Source: Balamuthia mandrillaris (Eukaryota). Taken from it: a stretch of DNA of 64,000 nucleotides. The translations under genes were made by a program, and so were the position numbers. The stretch spans positions 186,001 to 250,000 of the forward strand of contig JAVKOQ020000005.1 of assembly GCA_031835245.2 (NCBI GenBank), given 5' to 3'. The notes below the pieces were generated by a model that had not been told where the DNA came from, made no database searches, and was given only the letters and a program-made list of their open reading frames with translations. Positions 40,924 to 51,680 of the stretch are shown here, piece after piece; position 1 is the stretch's first letter; each line of letters starts with the position of its first letter.

Positions 40924-42140
40924 TGCCCACCAGATCCTTTTGGACCGTCGGCATCTGGAACGCGTACGTAAGCGTTGACAGGAGAGGGGGTATCTAGAGT
41001 TACAAAGCCTCCGCCTATACTATAATACACGGCCACATCCAATATTTCGGTGTTCTTATCGAAAGCCCAGAACCGCATTCCGCTTCATTCCCATTGTGTT
41101 TAAAATTTCATCAACATTGGAGGAAGAGAGAAGAATATAAACAAAAACGAAGCAGAAGCAGAAGGGAGAAGAAGAATGCAAACAAGAACTTTGGCAACAA
41201 AGAGTTGAAAAGAAGAAAACTTTTAAAACTATCACATACTTGCTATGAAGCGGCAGGACCTCTCGAGGCCGCCAAACAAGGTCCTTCGGATAGTCAAACG
41301 GAATAACGTGGCGTCCCAACAGCCTCAACACTTTGTCCCTCTTGATGGCATCGACCCTGAGGTTGATCGACTCTGGCACAACGTCTTCAGGAGTCTCACC
41401 CTCTAGCCCCATCAGGAGAGCCTGCGGTGTGGCATGTCCCTCTCCGGTGCATGCCAGGGAGCCGAACAGCTCCACCTTCACCTTGGCCACCTCCTCCATC
41501 AGCCCTATTTCCTTGAGGCGAGCTACAAACTTTCTGGCCGCTCGCATGGGACCCACCGTGTGGGAGCTGGATGGTCCCACTCCTATCGAAAACAGATCGA
41601 CTGAAACAAAATACATTAAAACGAGAAGGAAATGGACAGAAACAAGAAGGAAGAAAGGAAAGACAGAAGCCGAAGCGATAAGAAAGAAAGAAACGCACAG
41701 GTAGACACAACAGCGTGGGTGTCATCGGAGGGGGCCGTCTCAGGAGCTGTTGGCGTGGTGGTGACTCGCTCGGGATTTGTTGGCTCTCTCAGTTCCAACC
41801 GCAAGGTAGGCGGCGCGGAGGCAGAAGCAGCGGCATCAGCTGGCGCCGTTTGTAAATGAGGAGAAGAAGTGGGGGTAGAGCTTTTGCCCACAAAACCTCG
41901 TCTTCCTTCAAAGAAAGAAGAGGCAGGCAAGGCAGAAGAAGAGGGGGAAGAAGCAGAAAGTTGCCACCGATGGTGTTGCGTTGTAGCTCCTAATAGAGCT
42001 CTTGTTTTGCCTAGGTTGTTGAATGAGGAGAAGGAAGAAGCAGAAGAAGAGAAAGGAGATGCCGATCGAAAGAAAGAAGTGGTGGCGGTGCCGGTGTAGT
42101 TGGTGTTGCGGAGCAAAGCGGTGGTGCGGGTCAAAGGCAT
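39589..42140 (-). CDS. sdaA: [4Fe-4S] L-serine dehydratase (SdaA-type, fused alpha/beta) with mitochondrial presequence
   Basis: [82 protein letters not shown]...[21 protein letters not shown]. The N-terminus is S/T/R-rich and lacks acidic residues. Confidence 0.96.
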
Positions 42141-42665
42141 TGCAATAAAGTAGGATAAACCACCAGAAAACAAGCAAAATAAATGTTTTGGTTTTGGTTC
42201 GAACAAAGAACAACCCAACTTTCTCACGCCAAACTTTTCAAATGGCTCTATAATAACTCTTTTCGTTTTTGCGAATTCCATTTTTTTTTAAAAAAGAAAG
42301 AAAGACAATAAGTTTTGGCTGCTCGTTTGAAAGAAATATGGTGGCCTACGTACTTGTTGGTTCTGCAGGTTGGTAGAAAAAGTTAACTCACAAAAACCCC
42401 CTTGCTTTCCGACTAACAACCTCGTTTAATTCCGCATAAACAACGAACGAGGAAATTATTTTAACGCAAAGAAGAAAGAAAGAAAAGCAAAACTATTGTG
42501 TTATAGCATCACCTTAAACCGAACCTTAAATCAGAAATTTCATAGTTGCTGTTTTGTGTCGACATGTAATTTTCCATGACGACATGTGTTTGGTTTCCAT
42601 ACGACGTGAAACAATTTCGGGGCTGTTCGTTTTCGATGAATCCACCGAATGCTTCGTTTGTTGCT

Positions 42666-42707
<42 letters not shown>

Positions 42708-42862
42708 TCCTCTCGCTGGGGTTAGTTTGAAACAAAGATGGAGAAGCGGTTAGCAAAAGAATTAAAAAAAATAGGTGGCATTAAGACTAAGTAAGGCGAG
42801 GATGGCGAACATAACACAGACGCAACTCTTTGCTCGGTAGGCAGTTCACGATAGTAAAAGCC

Positions 42863-42963
42863 TTTTACCACATCCAAGACACACGGTTGCCAACGAGGAA
42901 ACACAACTGCTGCGGTGGTGCAGATGGCCGCGATGATAACCGTGTGTAATGCATGTGGTAAAA
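42863..42963. ncRNA. Candidate pre-miRNA-like stem-loop
   Basis: Arms 42863-42898 and 42928-42963 pair at 30 of 36 positions with no bulges, around a 29-nt loop. It lies in non-coding DNA. Strand and expression are unknown. Confidence 0.5.
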
Positions 42964-43953
42964 TGCAGCTCTCCGAGTGTAGAAACGAAAGCAATAACCG
43001 GCCTCTTTTTCATCTTTTTAAAAGAAAAGATGAAGCGGCAGAAGGAAGCGAAAGGAAGGATCTGAAACGAACGTACCGGTTGCAAAAAAAAAGAGCGTTT
43101 GAAGAGGACCAAACAAAGGCCGAGGACGCGCCGAAAAGATTAGCCCGAAACTTCAAACGGCCGTTTGAAACAAACAAAAGAACCAAGATAGAAGCATTGC
43201 ACAACTTCCAGTCCACCAATGAAGCGGTAAACCGTCACCAAAGGACCAGACTCCCTTTCGCCGCAACGTTAAAAAAAAAAACCGCTCTCTGCTCTTGCTT
43301 AGCAGACCGTGCATATCCTCTATTACCTGTTTGTTTGTCTTTTCAAATAAGTTCTTGTGCTACAACCAAGTAAGAAAGAACCGAAAAATAAGAAAAAAAG
43401 AAATAAATGAAGCAGATTTTTTTTCTTGAAGCTACAATCATTGGCGTGCTAAAGGTGCTTTCTGGTTTTTTAAGTTAAGCCGAAATAGAACCGCCCCGAA
43501 GAGATAAAAAAAACTCCTGTACCAAGTATCCAAGAGAGATGCAGTATCCTGACAATTTTGAAAAGCAGTTGTGGTTTGAAACGATCGGGTATCGTCCGTG
43601 CAACCGCTATAATGGAAAAAAGCATCCCTGTATCCAGCTACGGCCGCCTCAGTTGAGCCTAGGGCTACGAAGCGGACAAGTCCAGGATATGTCTAAGATC
43701 TAAAAAGAATGTACGGTGGACAACACTCAACGAAAGAAGAGTACGGTTGGAGTCCTTGTAAACGAGGCGAGGGTTGCCCACAAAATCATTATAAGCTTAT
43801 TAGCCTTTTATGGATGGCAAATCTGGTTCACATAAAAACGTGCTCGGTATCCAATGCGCCACGTTATGCTTCAGCCAAGATGCCAACGAAGCACGACAGC
43901 ACAACTTCGGGCACCTCTTGGTTCGCTTGTGCGTGGCCTTTTATTTTGTCTGC

Positions 43954-45579
43954 CTAGGTTTGCGCTAGACATGAGTATCCTTGCTCTTGAATCCAAGCTA
44001 GCACCTCGTTCTGTCCACATTCAGCAGCGCTTCGGGCTGCCCTCCAATCCCAATCGCAGCCGTTCGCCAGAGCCCATTTTAGCACGTGCAAATGGCCGTG
44101 TGAAGCAGCGCTGCTTGCTGTCCTCCAATCCCAAGCACAAACGTTAGAATCAGGGGGTGAGCCATCGGGCTTGTGAGGATCTCGCAGCCACTGCAGCACA
44201 TTAAGATGACCAGCGGCAGCCGCCATGCTGCACGCCACTTCATCAAAGGGACAGGAATGGCGCATCAGCCATTTCAATACCTCTAAGTGACCTCCTCCTG
44301 CTGCAGCTGCGCTGACCCCCCTGTCCCATTGCTCGCAGCTGCCTCTACCAGCAGCAGGATGTTGTTTCTTTTGAGGAGGATGATGCTGTAAGAACCACTC
44401 GAGGATGGGGATGTGGCCATTTGCAGCGGCTTCTCTGCACAACCCAACTATGCTCCACGATGGTATGTAGCCCTTCTTGAATAGCCAAGCAAACACTTGT
44501 ATGTGTCCATTCTGCACAGCACTTTGTACCATCATATACTGATGGATGGTTGGCATCCTCTCGGAAGTCTCCTCCTCCTCATTTTCCTCCTCTTCATCTC
44601 TTTTTGCTCTTCTGCTTCTTTCTGTGTTAGTCATTTCGATGTCAAGCCACTGCAACACATGGAGATGGCCGTTGGAGGCAGCAAACTGACAGAGCAGCTC
44701 GTAGTTTAGATCCCATTTTTCTTCTTCTGGTGCTGGTTGCTTCATCTGGTGCAGCACATCCGAGTCCTCGGGGACACCCGCAGCAGCAGCAGCCACCCAC
44801 AAGTCTGGCGCATACTCCGCTTGTTTGTGCAATTGTTGTTGTATCCATTGCAGCACTTCCAAGTGCCCATTCTTCGCAGCAGCTATGGCCGTACCATTAT
44901 TCCACGGACAGCCTTTGCTACGCAGCCACTGCAATACCTCCAAATGACCGTTCAGTGCAGCCTTTTCACATGCCTTCTCGTCCCAAACCACAAAGTCCTT
45001 GTGTTGCTCAAGCCATTCAAGCACATGCAGGTGCCCGTTGCTCGCAGCACACTTGCTCAAACGAAAACAAAGGGCTTGGGAAGGAATATCATGAACCAGC
45101 TGAGGTTCAGCTTGGCGTAGTTTTTCTTGCAGTTGCAAAAGAGTCCATTGCAAGGTCTCGGTGCACCCTTCGCCAGCAGCAGCCATGCAGCTATCTTCGC
45201 ATAACAGGCACCCGTTTTGTTGAGCCCAGGCAAGCATAGTGAGGTTGCTGCAAGCAGTCCTGATGCTCAATCGTTGGCGCAGGTGCAGCGGCGTGCAGGA
45301 GAACCAGCGATGGCAGGTCCTGGCAGCCACAGCAGACATGCCCCTTGGCAGCATGCACAGTATGTGGCACATCACTTCGTCTGGTATCATTTCTTCGACG
45401 AGGCAACGTTCTACCTTTTCGGTTCCGTAGTTATCCAAGTGGCCGTGTTGTTCCGACATCAAACCGCTTTGCGTTCTTCCATATTTAAGCGGCCTGGATT
45501 CGGTGGGTGTGCTTGTATTGGGGTCGGCAATGTTGCTGCAGCCCTCTTCCCCATTCCGGGACAGCCTCTTGCGTTTCAT
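43954..45579 (-). CDS. F-box plus ankyrin-repeat protein (GHLEVLQW...GCPW class), intronless
   Basis: IPDEVMCHILCML...AARTCHRW (F-box-like), then repeated AA.NGHL.VL.WL...GCPW/CDW units. Confidence 0.9.
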   Translation of the reverse strand: MKRKRLSRNGEEGCSNIADPNTSTPTESRPLKYGRTQSGLMSEQHGHLDNYGTEKVERCLVEEMIPDEVMCHILCMLPRGMSAVAARTCHRWFSCTPLHLRQRLSIRTACSNLTMLAWAQQNGCLLCEDSCMAAAGEGCTETLQWTLLQLQEKLRQAEPQLVHDIPSQALCFRLSKCAASNGHLHVLEWLEQHKDFVVWDEKACEKAALNGHLEVLQWLRSKGCPWNNGTAIAAAKNGHLEVLQWIQQQLHKQAEYAPDLWVAAAAAGVPEDSDVLHQMKQPAPEEEKWDLNYELLCQFAASNGHLHVLQWLDIEMTNTERSRRAKRDEEEENEEEETSERMPTIHQYMMVQSAVQNGHIQVFAWLFKKGYIPSWSIVGLCREAAANGHIPILEWFLQHHPPQKKQHPAAGRGSCEQWDRGVSAAAAGGGHLEVLKWLMRHSCPFDEVACSMAAAAGHLNVLQWLRDPHKPDGSPPDSNVCAWDWRTASSAASHGHLHVLKWALANGCDWDWRAARSAAECGQNEVLAWIQEQGYSCLAQT

Positions 45580-45884
45580 TTTCGTTCCGCAAATTATTTT
45601 CTTCGAAAACTTTGTCGACAACTAATAATAATAGTGATCTCCAATCATGAAATGGATCGCTATAGCTTTTTGAGGACACGTATGACATCAGGGAGACCCG
45701 ATAGAGAGAACCGAAAAGCGATAGCATTACCGTCGACAAACGGGCGGTCGAGAGAGACAAGGGGCCACCTGCTTTCCCCCATTTTTTCACCTGCCTGCCT
45801 AAAGGACTCGCTCTCCTTCTCCTTCTCCTTCTTCTTTCTTTTAAGTTCTTCCATCCTCCACCACTCCACTCCGCAAACACAAAG

Positions 45885-46389
45885 ATGCCCAAGCTGAAAA
45901 TAGAAAGAGGGTACAGAAAAAAATACCAGTCAGAAGGAAGCAGCAGCTCTGACTTTGGCCATGGCTTCTACGACGACAGCTTTTCCGCCCCCAGCGAACC
46001 AGGACGACGCCATTTTGCTCACGTCAACAAGAAGACCATCCTATTTTTCCCCACCATAGCAGCCGTCGAACTGGACGATGGAGAAGAGCACGGAGGAAGT
46101 GAACCTGAAGTGGAAGAGGCGTGGTACGACGGAGGAGGTGGTGTTGGCTATGGGAGAAGGAGTGGAGGAAGAAAGAAAGGACACCCCCACATCCATTTTC
46201 ACTTGCATGGCTGCGCCTTCCAGAGCATAGAAGGGAGCAAGAGAAGGAAGGCCACCCTGATGTTTTTGTCAAAGAAGTTAGGCAGCAAAGGAGAAGCCCA
46301 ACAAAAGATTGTTTCGGAGCGACTCGAACCGTTTCTAGCTTCTTATATCAAAGGCCATCGCTTTTCCATTCGTTTTTGTACTTTTCTCC

Positions 46390-46432
<43 letters not shown>

Positions 46433-48620
46433 TTCGCTTCTCCCTTCTCAGCTGTGTTCTCTTCTTAACTTTCTCATGCGTTTTCCAACAAAACTCTTTA
46501 GTGGAATGTGGAGTGTCGAGCAACGTCTTCAAGTTGGACCTCGCAACAGCAACCAACGGTCACGCTCTCAACCAAATCTCTTTGCCCGTTAGCCACGTAT
46601 TTCCTTCTTCCAACAGCTCTTCCACCAGAGCATTACAAAAGCCATCACAACCGTCACATTCTCGTTCTCTTCCAGACCTAAGCTCACGACAAACTCCACT
46701 CCATGGTGCTCACCAGAGTTACGTCCACTGCAATAGCACAAACAGCGTTCAGGATGCCTCGAATCCTTTTCTTACTCCCTCACCAACTTCGTCTCGAGGA
46801 CACTCCCCCCCGTCAACATCTTACCTACCGCCGCAACAGCGCCGAGAGCTTCCGCGCAGCGCCCCGGAGCTTCCCTACGCTCCCCATCGCAGCAGCAGGC
46901 CCCATCTCTCTCCACGACACAGCGAGTCCGAGCCTGCTCTTCGTCATGCTCCTTATGCAAGCTTTGATCCGTTCAGCACTCCATCACATCCCTCGTCATC
47001 GCCGATGCCTCTTCCTCCTCTCCCTCTCGTGTCTCCGCTTCCATCCTCCTCACCCTCTTCTTCGACTTCTTCTGTTGCTTATCAACAACACCAGCAACAT
47101 CAACAATGCTTCCCTCCTTTGCCCTATGCACCACACCGAATGCCATCAACCACCAACAACGCTCAAAAGTCGTTCGCCTCCTCCCAGGCACAACCCGAGT
47201 TTGATCCTTTTGATGAGTTTGCTCAGCAACGCTTCCACCAGAACAATAACAATCACAGCCATGGTTCTCTCTCCCCTTCGGCTGCTCCTTTGCCTGCTCT
47301 GCCACCTTTGCAGAACAACAACGACCACAACCACGGATCGCCGCTTTCTCCACGCGGTCACCTGTCGCCCCGCTCTTTTCCAGGGTCCGTTGCTGCTCCT
47401 GCTGGTCGGTATCTCCAACCGCTGCCACAATATCAGCAGCAACATCCCTCCACTGCTCCTGTTGCTGCTCAGTATCACCATCGCCCGCCACCTCAACAGC
47501 AGCAGCAGCAACAACAACAATCACATTATCAGCATCGACAGCAACAACGACGACCACAACAGCCACAACAGCTCATACGGAAAACGTGCCTCACGGAGGA
47601 GTGGCTCCATTTCGAGCTGGTGCCTGGCAATTCCTTCCATAGCTCTGATGGTGCTTCCCGTCTTCTTTCTCGCCCCTTCTTTCTTTCTTCTGTGCTGATA
47701 CCAACTCTCTCTCTTTCTCAGATCTCTACTTGGAACAACGCCGAACGCATAACAGTTGGGATAATGATGACGACGAAGACGATGACTTCTCCTCCCCCTC
47801 CTTCTCCGACGCCGATGCAGAAGGGGGTTGGGAGGAAGGTTCCGTACGAGGAAGGGTGCTGTTGGTAGAAGAAGAAGGCATCTCTCTCATCTCCGACATC
47901 GACGATACCATAAAGTTCTCCTTCGTGGCCGACAAGAAGGAGCTCCTCAAGAACACGTTCCTTAGGGAGTTTGTGGCGGTGGAGGGCATGGCCCCGCTCT
48001 ACCGCCGATGGCAGCGGCTCATCAACGACTGTCCGGATATTCCCAATCGTCTCAAGTTCCATTACGTCTCCGGTTCTCCCTATCAGCTCTACCGTCCGTT
48101 AGCTTTGTTCTTGTGGGGTCACACTTTCTTTCATTCTCCTCTTTCCTCTTCGTCGAGTGATCATCATCCAAAGGAAGAAAAAGAAGATGAATCAAAGTTC
48201 CCACAGGGAAGCGTGCACTTAAAGAATGTGGCGTGGAACGATAAGAGCCTGTTCAAGCTATTCGAGGACAAGTTGGAGTATAAGCTCAACATAATCGAGC
48301 CGGAGCTCTTCCGCCGTTTTCCCAAACGCAAGTTCATCCTCGTGGGCGATTCTTCCGAGCAAGACCCAGAGGTATACAGCGCCTTGGCCTGGCGCTATCC
48401 TCATCAGGTCATAGCCATCTTCATTCGAAGGGCTCCCATCTCGGCTTCGTCGTCATCGGAGGGAGAGGCGTCACTGGAGGCGAAGGAGATGCGGTGGCAG
48501 CAGATGTTTGCTGGTCTGGAGCAAAGAGGAATCATTTGGAGGGTGTTCAGTGACCCGAGCGAATTGGAGGAGATTGATCTGCTTTCACTTGTGCGTTCTC
48601 GTTTACAAGCTGCACAATAG
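45885..48620 (+). CDS. APP1-like phosphatidate phosphatase with long Pro/Gln/Ser-rich insertion
   Basis: GISLISDIDDTIK (DxDxT), FHYVSGSPYQLY, FPQGSVHL, RKFILVGDSSEQDPEVY, IAIFIR. Confidence 0.9.
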
Positions 48621-48683
48621 ATTGTTTTTTTTTTCAAAGTTAACGCAACAACACAAAAGCACCTTTTCTTCTATTTCTTTGTT

Positions 48684-49275
48684 CTAGATTCGGTTCCAGT
48701 GCTGGATGTAGAAGTAACAGTTCTTGATGAGCGTTGTGTAGTTCTGAGGAAGATCTATCGAAGGCGCCAACAACGGACCTAAAATAGCAAGAAATGCTTA
48801 AGTCAGAGAGAAGCAAAGAGAGAAGAGTGAAGAGAAAAGGAAGTGAGAGAAAAGGAGAGGATACATAATACTTACCAAAGACTACAGCAAGAGAATGGGC
48901 GTCCATGCCGTTGGTATCCGAGTGAATGGCAACAGACGCCAAAAACTTGGCTATGTACTTAAGAAGGTCACGGTTGGGTCGTGGCAATTCGTTGGCAACT
49001 TCTAACAACTGTTGTGCTCTCTTCTTGTCCTGTTCCCTCGGGTCCTCCTCTGTGTCAATGGCATGTGTGTCCACATAGCGATGATAGAGAGCAAACGTTA
49101 TAACTGGCTCTGGAAGCTCTTTGAGATACCTGTGATGTGTTCATCAGCGAAGCCGTGAATTGAAAAGAAAGAGAATAAGGTACATTTTGAACAGAGTAGC
49201 TACCGAATGTGGAGAATAAATAATTGGGAGGTCAACATCTCCTATTGATGGTACAAACTAACGGTAAGAGAAATG

Positions 49276-49320
<45 letters not shown>

Positions 49321-50269
49321 AAGCAGCAGGGCAAATGGCGACAAACACCATTGTCTAAACAGTTTCTCATGTGCTGGACCTCATAGGAAAGGCCTGGCCT
49401 ACGAAAGATACCCCACTCCTTCAGGCCTGTATTTACATAAGAATGGCCGAAAGAGAGTCAGCAGAAGAAGAGACGCTAAGAACAGAAAGTAGCGCCAACA
49501 AACGACGAAAAATAAAATAGCGAATCAAAATGACATAGAACAAGCACCATTAGTCTTGCTAGGACCCAACCAAGTCACAACCCGTTCCACAAAGAGAGGA
49601 ATAGTTTGCTCTTCCTTCTCATAGGCATTATCCACAATACGCTGTTGGTGCTGCTGTTCCATTTTGTTGCTGCCTGGGTCCGAAGAGGTAGTGACAACAG
49701 AAGATAGAGGTTGAGCGATGGAACCGCGTGGAGAGGGCAAGGGGGAGGTGAGAGAGGAGGGAGGCGCCTTGGCGGCGTTCTGCTGGCGTTGCCTGTTGAG
49801 GGAGGCAGCACGCAGGATGGCCGTCATCCACTCCTCCCTTTGCTTCGTGGTGTCGGTGAACATGTAGTAGACCCTGTTTTGGGCTCTTATTTCGAAGCTG
49901 TTGGGTTTCTTCGTGACAGGGCCTGCCGTTGCCACCTGGGCTTCATCTAACATAATCACTCCTTGCGGACTTGTATCCTTTTTTTTTTTTGGGAGAAGAT
50001 CAGAATAAGAACGGGAGAAAAAAAGGAGCCGGTGAACAGAAACAACAGCAACAACAACGCACGTTTCTATCTTTGAAGTAGTAGAGACGATTACCCTTCA
50101 AAATACAGTAGCGCCGTCGCCAGCTTTTGACCACGCCGCCCTGCTTGGTGAGGTAACCCTTTTTGTCACAGTCCTGCCCCAAAACCGTGGCGGACTGCAA
50201 CTCATTGCCAGAGAAGCCAAGGGAGCTCAAGTTCACGCTGTCTCTCAGCCCAAAGTTCAGGAAAGCCAT
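48684..50269 (-). CDS. PH domain plus RhoGAP protein (multi-exon)
   Basis: KKGYLTKQGGVVKSWRRRYCILKGNRLYYFK...FEI....RVYYM...EEWM (PH), then IPLFVERVV, GIFRRPG, YLKELPEPV, LPRPNRDLLKY, NGMDAHSLAVVFG/PLL (RhoGAP). Confidence 0.93.
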
Positions 50270-50554
50270 TTCTCTCGTTCTCTCTTCTTCTTCTTCTTCG
50301 TTTTCCTGAAGTTACTTTGATTTTCGAAATAATTTTTTTAAAAAAAGAAATGGGGGGTTTCAGAGAACCAATCCTCTTTCAGAACCTCATTGAACTGTTG
50401 ATCTTTTCGATCAACATAAAATTTTTCTTCGAAGCACAAAACAACAACGAAATTTGGCAGACCAAACAGGGTAGCGTTTCGCCACCCTTTCTCTCTCTTT
50501 GCCCTCCCCACAAAAAGTAGTAAAGTAGTAGCAAAAGGACCCAAAACCTTGCAC

Positions 50555-51388
50555 ATGATGAAGGCTTCAAGCGCCTAAAGCAAGACCCCAACGTATAACC
50601 CTTTGGAGCTCAGCGTGCCTGCGGACTACACGCCAGAGGCCCTGCGCGCCGCCATCCGCACCATCGAGCCCTTGGCCGATGCTGCCGCCCCTGACGTGTG
50701 GGCGCAGGAGCTTAGAGCCCTGAAGCAGCGCTACCGTTGGAAGGACCCCAGGGTGCTGCTGGCCTACACCAAGTCAGGCGACTACAAAGACCTCTTTGTC
50801 TACTTTGACAGCCCTTTGACAACGCCGACAAGAGCAGCCCCATCAACGAACCCGCCACCAAGGCCTTCAAATGCTACGGCCTGGATGGCAACCAGACCAC
50901 CATAAACTGGACGGCTGTGCGGGGGACCTGCGTTGTGGGCAGGGCAGAGCCCTGCCATCTCCTCCTTTACCAGCCCGTTCTCCAGCCAACAAACCTCGTT
51001 TTCCTACGAGCCCTTGCTTCCCGAGGAATTGGTGGAAACCCTTATGTACTTTAAGGACAAAAACACCAGGGAAGTGGCTCTTGAGAGGGATGCCCTCCGC
51101 ACCACCGGCTACATGCCCCAGCAGGTCTTTCCTGGTTCTTCCCACTATGCTTATCCTGGTGGGAGTGCCGTGCCTTACAGCTGGATGGTCGCCAAGTGCG
51201 GTCACTGTGGCAAGAGCAAGGCACAGGCCGACCTGAAACGATGCCCCTGCCATCAAACCACTTACTGCAACCAACAATGCCAAAAGGCGGACTGGTCAAA
51301 GCATAAGCTGACCTGTTCTGCAAGGAAGCAGCCGCAAGGCACCGCCTCCTCTTCCACCTCAACGACCGCCAAGGCTTCCTCCAAGTAG
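50555..51388 (+). pseudogene. Probable pseudogene (or misassembled gene) of a MYND zinc-finger protein
   Basis: The C-terminal MYND finger CGHC...LKRCPC...YCNQQCQKADWSKHKLTC is intact. The upstream coding-like sequence is broken by apparent frameshifts and has no usable in-frame ATG. Confidence 0.6.
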
Positions 51389-51680
51389 GTTGCAGCCACC
51401 ACAGGTTGGCAGTGCGTCGGAACAACCGAGAGGGATGGAGGAGAGAGAGGAGAGAAGAGAAGAAAGAAGGATTGCGAGAGAGCGAATAATTCGTAGCACA
51501 ATTTGTTTTCTTTGTTGATAGAAGAAAGAAGAGAGCTAAAAACACAAAACGCAAGAACTTCAGGTTCGGTTGTTCCCTTTGAAACCATTCGGGGGGGTAC
51601 CATACAAAAAAAAAGCTGAACTGTACAAGTCCTTACAGCAGAACCACAAACAAGCAAGAGACGAGAGAAAGAGAGAACCT

